This document shows, piece by piece, positions 53,073 through 64,000 of a stretch of 64,000 nt of DNA; positions within the stretch are counted from its first letter, which is position 1; the number at the start of each line of letters is the position of its first letter. Made by a program: the position numbers and the translations under genes. Below the pieces are notes generated by a model. That model did no database searches and was not told the DNA's origin. It worked only from the letters and a program-made list of their open reading frames with translations. This DNA is from Anaeramoeba ignava BMAN (Eukaryota; Protista; Anaeramoebae), in assembly GCA_028826165.1 (NCBI GenBank), contig JAPDFW010000065.1, positions 248,001 through 312,000 of the forward strand, given 5' to 3'.

Positions 53073-56000
53073 ATGTCTAAAAACAAAGGCAAAAGAGAAA
53101 AAATAGGAGCAGCTCGATTAACAAGCGTAGAATTTCCAATTCCAACAAAATTTGAAGAAGAAATCAAAAAAAACAAAGGAGAAAAACCAGAAGAGAGTCT
53201 TGAGTTAGAACATATTTATGGATATCGTGGTCGAGATTGCTCAGCAAATGTGCGTTATGTAGATGATAACAACATTCTTTACTACGCAGCTGCTGTTCCA
53301 ATCGTGAATAATAAGATTGAAAACACACAAAAATTTTTCACTTCGCATGATGATGATGTTGTTTCAATGGATTTTCATCCTTCTAAAAGAATTGTAGCAA
53401 CAAGTCAAGTTGGAAAACATCCTAAAATTTGTGGTAAGTTGTTTTTAAAAAATATAAATATAAATATAAATATAAATATAAATATAAATATAAATATAAA
53501 TATAAATATAAATATAAATATAAATATAAAATATAAATATAAAAATATAAATAAAATATAAATATAAATATAAAACATAAAATAAATAAAAATATAAATA
53601 TAAATATAAATATAAATATAAATATAAAAAATATAAATATAAATATAAATATAAATATAAATATAAATATAAATATAAATATAAATATAAATATAAATAT
53701 AAATATAAATATAAATATAAATATAAATATAAATATAAATATAAATATAAATATAAATATAAATATAAATATAAATATAAATTTATAAATATAAATATAA
53801 ATTTAATATAAAATATAAATATAAATATAAATATAAAATATAAAATATAAATATAAATATAAATATAAATATAAATATAAATATAAATATAAATATAAAT
53901 ATAAATAAATATAAATATAAAATAAATATAAAATATAAATATAAATATAAATATAAATATAAATATAAATATAAATATAAATATAAATATAAATATAAAT
54001 ATAAATATAAATATAAATATAAATATAAATATAAATATAAATATAAATATAATAAATATAAATATAAATATAAATATAAATATAAATATAAATATAAATA
54101 TAAATATAAATATAAATATAAATATAAATACAAATATAAATATAAATATAAATATAAATATAAAAATAAATATTAATATAATTTTAAATATAAATAAGTT
54201 TGGAATGTTGATACACAAGAATGTTTGTCAGAATTTACAGATTCAACTTTAGATGGAGGAATTACAGCATTAGCATTTTCACCAAGTGGAGAACTTTTAG
54301 TAGCAATTGGAATAATGGAAAATTCAGTTGTTCTTTTTGATTGGGAATTCAAAAGAGCACTTCTTTATGGAAAAACAGGAGGAGATCGAATTATTGGATG
54401 CACTTTTTCAAGCGTAGAAGAAAGTGAATTTGTTACTTATGGAGTTAATCATGTTAGATTTTGGACAATTACTGAAGAAAAACTTGTTTCTAAAAAAGCT
54501 ATTTTTGGTAAAGATGCAAAAATTCAAAGACAAAATTGTATCGCAGAAATCTCAGATCCAAAATCTAATACAAATCTTTTTGCTACTGGTACTGTTTCTG
54601 GTGATATTTATGTTTGGAAAAATTCACAATGTCATAAAATCATTCCCATTGCTCCAAAATTATGTAAAAATTCACTTCCTTCAAAAAAAGAACAAAAAGA
54701 ACAAAAAGAAAAAACAAATGAAGATGAAAAAGAAAAAGAACAAATGAAGATGAAAAAGAAAAGACAAATGAAGATGAAAAAGAAAAGACAAATGAAGATG
54801 AAAAAGAAAAGACAAATGAAGATGAACAACAAAAAGATGAAAAAGATGAAAAAGAGCAAAAATCAACTGAAAAGAAAAAAACAACAAAAAAACCAACTGA
54901 CAAAAAACCAACAACAAAACCAACAACAAAGCCAACAACAAAACCAACAACAAAACCAACAACAAAAACAACAACAAAACCAACAACAAAACCAACAACA
55001 AAACCAACAACAAAACCAACAACAAAACCAACAACAAAACCAACAACAAAACCAACAACAAAACCAACAACAAAACCAACAACAAAACCAACAACAAAGC
55101 CAACAACAAAACCAACAACAAAACCAACAACAAAACCAACAACAAAACCAACAACAAAACCAACAACAAAACCAACAACAAAACCAACAACAAAACCAAT
55201 TAAAACAACACCAACAAAAACAACATCAACAAACAAGAAACCAACAACAAAACCAACAGATAAAAAACCAATTAAAACAACATCAACAAACAAGAAACCA
55301 ACAGATAAAAAACCAATTAAAACAACATCAACAACTAAGAAACCAACAGATAAAAAACCTAATAAATCAGGACTTTCTTTAAGAGATCGATTAAATCCCG
55401 ACGCAAAAAAAACACCAACAAAACAACAACAACAACAAAAACAAAAACAAAAACAACAACAGCAAAAAAAACAAAAGCAAATGACGGAGTTTGCGAAGTA
55501 ACTTGCATAGCAAACTCACAAGATGGAAAAAGAATTCTGATTGGAAACAAAAGAGGAGAAATTTTCCTTTTGAAAGATATATTCAAAAAACAGACATCAT
55601 TGATTCAATTGAAATCACGAGGAAGAAACCTACGATCCATTTCATTTTCCTCTGACGAAACACATGCAATCTGCGCAAGTATGGATGGGAAAATATTTGA
55701 AATTGAATTGAATGAAGAAAATATAAACGAACCTAATATTATTGTGGAATCGCATTCTTCAGACGGAATGGCTGAACTTTGGGGACTGGGAATGTTCTAT
55801 TCGGAACATAAATTCATCACAACAGGAGATGATAAGAAACTTATGCTTGGAAATTGTGACAAAAGAGAAATCATTTTAACAAAAAAACTGAAGCAAAAAT
55901 CGAGGAGTGTTGCAATCTCGCCAGACGAAACTCTGATTGCAATAGGGTTTTATGACGGATCAATTGAGCTTCGAGATGCCACAACTTTGGAGGTTCTTGA

Positions 56001-56589
56001 TTCCCAGAAAATTCGTGAAGAAGATATTTCGGTTTCCAAATTTTCGCCTGATGGAAAAATTCTTGGATTTGGATCGCACGATAATTTTATTGATTTATAT
56101 CAAATTGACGAATCCAAAAAACTGAACTTGTACACCACTTGCAAGGGCCATTCATCTTATATAATCGATTTTGATTTCTCAAAAGACTCAAAGTATATTC
56201 AATCCGTTTCTGGAGATTATGAAGTTTTATATTGGAGTGCGAAAAGTGGGAAAAGATATACTTCGCCTTCAAAGCTCAAGGACGTTGAATGGCAGACTTG
56301 GACGCTTATTCTTGGTTTCCCCGTTCATGGCATTTGGGAACCTGATATGGATGGTACTGATATTAATACTGTCGACAGAAATCCTCAAGAAGATCTTCTT
56401 GCTACTTGCAATGATTTTGGAAAAGTTTCTCTTTTTAATTATCCTGTTGTTAATAAAGATGCTAAGAAGAAAAAGTATTCAGGTCATAGTTCTCATGTTA
56501 CTAAATGCAGGTTTTCTTTTGATGGTAATTATTTATTAACAACTGGTGGAATGGATGGTTCGATTTTTCAATGGAAAGTTTTGAAATGA
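53073..56589 (+). CDS. Echinoderm microtubule-associated protein-like (HELP + WD40 TAPE domain); intron 53434-54198; frameshifts within a low-complexity insert
   Basis: HELP motif [36 protein letters not shown], spliced [59 protein letters not shown] and YSGHSSHVT. Confidence 0.92.
53450..54170. repeat. (aaatat)n hexamer microsatellite filling the EML intron
   Basis: Direct inspection. Confidence 0.92.
54900..55200 (+). repeat. Coding 12-bp repeat (aaaccaacaaca)n = (KPTT)n within EML
   Basis: Direct inspection. The KPTT frame continues into coherent [13 protein letters not shown] variants. Confidence 0.8.
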
Positions 56590-56611
56590 TTTGTTATTTC
56601 TATTCCAAAAT

Positions 56612-57225
56612 TAATTTACAAATTCATTTACAAATTTATTTACAAATTTATTTACAAATTCATTTACAAATTCATTTACAAATTCATTTACAAATTCATT
56701 TACAAATTTAATTTACAAATTCATTTACAATTCAATTTACAAATTTATTTACAAATTCATTTACAATTTAATTTACAAATTCATTTACAAATTCATTTAC
56801 AAATTCATTTACAAATTTATTTACAAATTCATTTACAAATTCATTTACAAATTTATTTACAAATTTATTTACAAATTTATTTACAAATTTATTTACAATT
56901 TTATTTACAATTTTATTTACAATTTAATTTATAATTTTATTTACAATTTAATTTACAATTTAATTTATAATTTAATTTACAATTTAATTTATAATTTTAT
57001 TTATAATTTAATTTATAATTTAATTTACAATTTAATTTACAATTTTATTTACAATTTAATTTATAATTTAATTTATAATTTATTTTACAATTTTATTTAT
57101 AATTTTATTTACAATTCATTTACAATTTAATTTACAATTTAATTTACAATTTAATTTATAATTTAATTTACAATTTAATTTATAATTTAATTTATTTACA
57201 AATTCATTTACAAATTCATTTACAA
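56612..57225. repeat. 12-bp intergenic minisatellite (caaattcattta / caatttaattta)n downstream of EML
   Basis: Direct inspection. Confidence 0.9.
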
Positions 57226-57573
57226 AATTTTAATTTGAATTTTTAATTCAAAATTTTCTTTTTAAAAACAAACAAAAATTTACAAATTCAAAAATTTTTT
57301 ATTTTTATTTTTCATTTTTACAATTTAATTTAAATTTATTTTAAATTTTTTAATTTAACAAAAATTTAATTAACAAAAATTATAATTTTATTTAATTTAA
57401 TTTCAATTTAATTTGAATTTTTTTCTCTTTTTTAATTCAAAGTTTTTTTTTAAAAACAAACAAAAATTTATCAAAAATTTTTCATTTTTTATTTCAATTT
57501 TTTAAAAAATCAAAAATTTTAAATCTTTTTATTAACAAAAATTATTAACAAAAATTAAAATTAAACTTAAATC

Positions 57574-60250
57574 ATGAACGAAGAAAAGAAAGAAAATCAA
57601 AATCAAAATCAAAATCAAAATCAAAATGAAAATCAAAATCAAAAAGAAAATAAAAACGAAGAAAAGAAAGAAAATCAAAATCAAAATCAAAATGAAAATG
57701 AAAATGAAAATCTAAATCAAAATGAAAATCAGAAAGAAAATGAAAATCAAAATGAAAATGAAAATGAAAATGAAAATCAGAAAGAAAATCAAAATGAAAA
57801 TCAAAATCAAAATCAAAATGAAAATCAAAATCAAAACCAAAAAGAAAATCAAAATCAAAATCAAAAAGAAAATCAAAATCAAAATCAAAATCAAAATCAA
57901 ATTGAAAATCAAAATGAAAATGAAAATCTAAATGAAAATGAAAATCAGAAAGAAAATCAAAATGAAAATCAAAATCAAAATCAAAATGAAAATGAAAATG
58001 AAAATCAAAATCAAAATGAAAATCAAAATGAAAATGAAAATCAAAATCAAAATCAAAATCAAAATCAAAATGAAAATGAAAATAAAAATCAAAATGAAAA
58101 TGAAATTGAAATTCAGAAAGAAAATAAAAATCAAAATGAAAACCAAATAAATATTCCTCCATCAAAAAGAAAGATTGATGAAAGCCTTTATAGTACAACA
58201 GCAATTGCTCAAAAAATCAATGATTTCCAAACAAAATCCATAAGATCAGGGGTTAATGGACTTCATAATCTTGGAAACACATGCTTTTTCAATTCAATTT
58301 GTCAATGTTTAAGCCAATTAGTTGAATTAAGAGATTTTTTCCTAAAAGAAAGAGTAAAAAAAGGAGAAGGAGGTTTATATCAATCATTAAGAATATTTTA
58401 TATTTATATGTGGAAGAAATATGATAAAGAATCTTTTTCACCAAGTATTGTTTTAAAACAAATCACAAGTTATTATAGAAAATTCGGTAGTTATCAACAA
58501 CAAGATTCTCATGAATTACTTCGTTGTCTTTTAGATACTGTTCATGAAGAAGAATTGGGTAGATTGAAGAAACATAATTTACTTATAGAAGAAGTAAATC
58601 AAAATCAAAAAGAAAATCAAAAAGAAAATCAAAACAAAAATCAAAAAGAGAATCAAAACAAAAATCAAAAAGAAAATCAAAAAGAAAATCAAAACAAAAA
58701 CCAAAAAGAAAATCAAAAAGAAAATCAAAACAAAAACCAAAAAGAAAAAAGAACAAAAAGAAAATCAAAACAAAAATCAAAACAAAAATCAAAACAAAAA
58801 TCAAAACAAAAATCAAAACAAAAATCAAAACAAAAATCAAAACAAAAATCAAAAAGAAAATCAAAAAGAAAATCAAAAAAAATCAAAAAGAAACAAAAAG
58901 AAAATCAAAAAGAAAATCAAAACAAAAATCAAAAAGAAAATCAAAAAGAAAATCAAAAAGAAAATCAAAAAGAAAATCAAAAAGAAAATCAAAACAAAAA
59001 CCAAAAAGAGAATGAAAAAGAAAAATCAAATAAATCAAAAAATAAAAAGCCAAAAAAACCTAGACCTCATTTGAATTCTCCTAAAAATACAATTATTGAA
59101 GAATTTTTTAGAGGAACAATTTCAAGTAATGTTAAATGTGATACTTGTCATCAAGTTTCAACTATTTATGAACATTTTTTTGATATTCATGTTGCTATTG
59201 CTGGATCAAAAGATTTAAAAAATAAAAATAAAAAGAAAAATGAAATAGTTGAAGATAGTATTGATAAAAAATTAAAAGGAAAAGATAATACAAAGAAAAG
59301 TAGTTTTTTTTCAAGAATATTTAGAAGGAAGAAAAAGGAAACAAAGAGTTATGATAATTTATCACAATTTTCTACAAAGGAAGATAATAAAGATGAAAAA
59401 GATAATAAAGATAAAGATAATAAAGATAATAAAGATAATAAAGATAATAAAGATAAAAAAGATAAAGATAAAAAAGATGAAAAAGATAATAAAGATAATA
59501 AAGATAATAAAGATAATAAAGATAATAAAGATAAAAAAGATAAAAAGATAAAAAGATAAAAAAGATAATAAAGATAATAAAGATAATAAAGATAATAAAG
59601 ATAATAAAGATAAAGATAAAGATAAAGATAAAGATAAAGATAAAGATAAAGATAATAAAGATAAAAAAGAAAAAGATAAAGAAAAAGATAAAGATAAAGA
59701 TAAAGAAAAAGATAAAGATAAAGATAAAGATAATGAAATTCAAGAATCTCCAAAACTTACAGATGCTTCATTAATTTCATCTCTTCAATACTATTTCCAA
59801 CCTGATATTTTGGATGGAAATAATAAATATTATTGTCAATTTTGCAACAAAAAGGATCAAACGAATAAAAAGAAAAAAGATAAAAAGAAAAAAATTTATA
59901 GAAAAGCAACAAAACAATTCCAACTTGAAAAATTACCACCAATATTAGTAATTGCATTAAAAAGATTTACACAAACAGGAGGAGGAAGACTTAGAAAAAA
60001 TGGTACATACGTTGAATTTCCAGAAATTCTTGATATGTCTCAATTCTTTTTGAATTCAACAACTCCTCAAAAATATGAATTAACTGGTGTTTCTGTTCAT
60101 GGAGGTGGAATGGGTGGTGGTCATTATATCGCTTATACAAGAACTTCGGATAATGATTGGTATTATTTTAGTGATTCTTCTTTTCATCGAGTTTCAAAAG
60201 AAAGTGTTCTTAAATCTCAAGCTTATGTTCTTTTTTACAGAAAACAGTAA
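57574..60250 (+). CDS. Ubiquitin-specific protease (peptidase C19, USP16/45-like) with NQE-, KQ- and KD-rich inserts; frameshift near 59550
   Basis: Cys box [31 protein letters not shown], Zn-ribbon CDTC...[12 protein letters not shown], His box [21 protein letters not shown] and QAYVLFY. Subfamily assignment is approximate. Confidence 0.9.
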
Positions 60251-60492
60251 AAAAAGCAAAAAAAAAAAAATAATTCTTACTTTTTTTGAATTTGGAACGT
60301 TTTTTTTCTCTTTTAATTTTTATCTAAAAAAAAAATTAAAATAAAATTAAAAATTAAAAAGTAAATAATTTTATTGTAAAAAAAAAAAGAAACAGAAAAA
60401 AATTATTATAAAAATTGTTTTTAGTTTTGAAAAATTGTTCAATTTGATTTTCTTTCCAAAAAAAAACAAAGGAAAAAAAGAATTAAATTCCT

Positions 60493-62162
60493 TCACATAA
60501 TTTCACAACATTTTCTATGAGATGATTGATTATCAGGAAAATGAATTACAGAATTCTGATTTGCATTTTGATTTGCATTTTGATTTTGTAAATTATCCAT
60601 TTCAATTTCAGCAGAATTAACTGTATTTGATTTTCCTTGATGTTGAATCCTCTTAAGTTGTTGTTCAAAAAGATCTGCATTTCTAGGTGAAGTTGGATCA
60701 TAAGCAAGCATTAATTTTTGTTGAGATCTACTAAGAGGATTATTTATATTTTGATCTGGATTTTGATTATTTTGATGAATTGGTTTAAAAGCACTATTTA
60801 GAAAAAGATTTGAATTCATATTTTCTGTTGAAATAAATTCTCTATTAAGTTTAGGACTATTTAAATCCATTTCTGCTAAAAAGGGTGATCTTGTTGGAAG
60901 AACACTAGACATTCCTGTATTTGCAACTGTTGAATTTGAGATTCTATTAAATTATTTTAAATTATTTTATTTTAAATTATTTTAAATTATTTTATTTTAA
61001 ATTATTTACAATATTGGTGTTTGTATATTTTCTGAAGGAATTTCCCAATCAAATGGATAATTATCATCAAAATGATAACGTAAATAAGTTTCTCGTAATA
61101 AATTTCTTAAATATTGATAATTAGGTTTATCTTCATATTTCAAACCTAAATTTAAAAATTAAATTAAATTTAAAAATAAATTTAAAAATTAAATTAAATT
61201 AAAAAAATAAATTTACTATTAATATGTTCAAAAAATTTAACAAATTCAGGTGGTAATCCTTGACATAAAGCTGGACAATTATACTTAATTTTCATTTCTT
61301 TGATTTCATCTTTTTCTTTTAATTTTCTCCAAGGTAATTGACCAACTAAAAATTCAATTAAAAGATAATACAAAGACCATAAATCATCTTTTCTTCCAAG
61401 TTCCTTTTTAATTTTGATTTTAATTTTGATTTTAATTTTTTAATTTTTTAATTTTTTTAATAAATTTATATTAATTACTTCTGATTGATGTGATGCAATT
61501 GAAGCATATCTTGCAGTTCCTCTAAACCCAATATTTTGTCTTGCCTAATTTTAATTTTAAATTTAATTTTAATTTTGATTTTTATTTTAAATTTAATTTT
61601 AATTTTTAATTTTTAAATTTAATTTTAATATTAATTTTAATTTTAATTATAAATTTAATTTTATTTTTAATTTTAAATTTAATATTAATTTTAATTTTAA
61701 TTATAATTATAATTTTAAATTTAATATTAATTTTAATTTTGATTTTGATTTTAATTGAAAATTTACAGGACGAATTTGAAAATTTGAATCAACATATTTC
61801 CTTGCTAATCCAAAATCAATAACACAACAAAATGATTGACCTTTATGAGAAGTTCTTCTTAATGCAAAATTTGACTAAAAAAATAATTTTAATTTTAATT
61901 TTATTTTTAATTTAAAATTTAAAATTTTTTTCTGATAATAAAATTACAGGTTTTATATCTCGATGAAGAAATCCAGCTTCATGAACATCTTCTATTGCAG
62001 ATATCAATTCAATTCCAAGACGTAAAGTAGTTCCTAATGAAAATTTTCCTGTTGGCATTTTTCTTTTTAATTGTGCTAAATTATTTCCAAGTAATTCCAT
62101 AACAACATAATTATAATTTGGAATTCTTCCACAAGAAATATAAATAGGAGCATATGGAGAAT
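60493..62162 (-). CDS. Tau-tubulin kinase-like (CK1 group) Ser/Thr kinase, 3' exons only; 5' end beyond window; ends in CCEIM
   Basis: [96 protein letters not shown]; at least 5 short introns. Confidence 0.88.
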
Positions 62163-64000
62163 CTGAATTAAATTTATTATTAGAATTATTATTTAAATTA
62201 TTATTAAATTTATTTATTAAATTATTATTAAAATTATTAAAATTATTATTAAATTAAAATTATTATTAAATTTATTATTAAATTTATTATTAAATTTATT
62301 ATTAAAATTATTATTAAAATTATTATTAAATTTATTATTAAAATTTATTATTAAAATTATTATTAAAATTATTATTATTATTAAAATTTATTATTAAAAT
62401 TATTATTAAAATTATTATTAAAATTATTATTTAAATTATTATTAAAATTATTATTAAAATTATTATTAAAATTATTAAATTATTATTAAATTTATTATTA
62501 TATTTATTATTATATTAAAATTATTATTATTAAAATTATTATTAAATTTATTATTAAAATTATTATTAAATTTATTATTAAATTTATTATTAAATTATTA
62601 TTAAATTTATTATTAAATTTATTATTAAATTTATTATTAAATTTATTATTAAAATTATTATTAAATTATTATTAAATTTATATTATTAAAATTATTATTA
62701 AAATTTATTATTATTATTAATTAAATTTATTATTAAATTTTATTATTAAATTTATTATTAAAATTATTATTAAAATTATTATTAAAATTATTATTATTAA
62801 ATTTATTATTAAAATTATTATTAAAATTATTATTAAAATTATTATTAAAATTATTATTAAATTTATTATTAAATTTATTATTATTAAATTTATTATTAAA
62901 ATTTATTATTAAATTTATTATTAAATTTATTATTAAATTTATAAAATTATTATTAAAATTATTATTAAAATTATTATTATTATTAAATTCTCTATTATTA
63001 AAAATTTAAATTTTTTAAAAATTATTAAAATTATTATTAAAATTATTATTAAAATTATTATTTATTATTAAAATTATTATTAAATTATTATTAAATTAAA
63101 ATTATTATTTAAAATTTATTAAAATTATTATTAAAAATTATTATTAAAAATTATTAAATTTATTATTAAATTTATTTAATTTATTATTAAATTTATTATT
63201 AAATTTTATTATTAATTTTATTATTATTAAATTTATTATTTTTTAAAATTTATTATTAAAATTTATTATTAAAATTTATTATTAAATTTATTATTAAAAA
63301 ATTATTATTAAATTATTATTAAAAATTTATTATTAAATTATTAAAATTTATTATTTAAATTCGTAATTATTATTAAAAATTATTATTAAATTTATTATTA
63401 AATTTATTATTAAATTTATTATTAAAATTATTATTAAAAATTATTATTAAAATTATTATAAAAATAATTAAATTTATTATAAAATTATTATTAAATTTAT
63501 TATTAAAATTATTATTAAATTTATTATTAAAATTTATTATTAAAATTATTATTAAAATTATTATTAAATTTATTATTAAATTTATTATTAAAATTTATTA
63601 TTATTAAATTTATTATTAAATTTATTATTAAAATTATTATTAAATTTATTATTATTAAATTTATTATTATTATTAAATTTATTATTAAATTTATTATTAA
63701 ATTTATTATTAAATTTATTATTAAAATTATTATTAAATTTATTATTAAATTTATTATTAAAATTATTATTAAATTTATTATTAAAATTATTAAAATTATT
63801 ATTAAATTTATTATTAAATTTATTATTAAATTTATTATTAAATTTATTATTAAATTTATTATTAAATTTATTATTAAATTTATTATTAAATTTATTATTA
63901 AATTTATTATTAAATTTATTATTAAATTTATTATTAAAATTATTATTAAATTTATTATTAAATTTATTATTAAATTTATTATTAAATTGATTATTAAATT
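62163..64000. repeat. AT-only ~12-bp minisatellite (aaatttattatt/aaaattattatt)n forming a >1.8-kb intron of the kinase gene
   Basis: Acceptor CAG at 62165-62163 on the minus strand; the repeat runs to the window end. Confidence 0.85.

Noticed and set aside
385-59560. Calling frameshifted genes pseudogenes or programmed frameshifts
   Set aside because: Essential genes (COPA, Rpt4, beta-adaptin) show the same 1-2 nt indels, mostly in homopolymers, which points to assembly error. Cannot be resolved without reads.
12027-59753. Low-complexity ORFs (YKFN, IFIF, YLYL, FDFD, KIKM, VVGF, LLVL) and alternate-frame ORFs within ankyrin genes
   Set aside because: They are shadows of micro/minisatellites or of real CDS in other frames or strands.
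5325-60250. Functional clustering of trafficking genes (Vps33, beta-adaptin, BEACH, COPA) and ubiquitin-proteasome genes
   Set aside because: These are large gene classes, orientations are mixed and no shared specific element is seen. Chance cannot be excluded without a genome-wide test.
62163-64000. Telomeric repeat at window end
   Set aside because: AT-only degenerate repeat lacking G-rich telomeric units, and it begins at a splice acceptor of a kinase whose 5' exons must lie beyond it.

Overview
Very AT-rich, gene-dense, intron-containing eukaryotic (protist) genomic DNA using the standard code. The NQ/EN low-complexity tracts, ankyrin-BTB expansion and TCATTTT elements before ATGs suggest a metamonad such as Anaeramoeba; this is inference only. 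Many single-base frameshifts fall in homopolymers, consistent with long-read assembly error. Contents in order: (1) a tandem array (3 full copies plus 1 partial) of F-box + ~8-TM (TMEM185/TMEM60-like) genes, where the F-box is split by an intron and missed by the ORF track; (2) Vps33; (3) a Cys/His-rich + vWA gene in a 2.66-kb segment lying in phase between two arrays of a ~145-bp satellite; (4) proteasome ATPase Rpt4; (5) four tandem ankyrin-BTB-BTB genes with ~38/33/27/15 shuffled repeats; (6) NMT, beta-adaptin (AP-1/2), a PH protein, a degenerate BEACH protein and alpha-COP; (7) a 3.6-kb ~135-bp satellite; (8) an EML protein, a USP deubiquitinase and the 3' part of a TTBK/CK1 kinase ending in a CaaX box. 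The most notable candidates are the two diversifying arrays of putative cullin-RING substrate receptors and the satellite-embedded vWA cassette.
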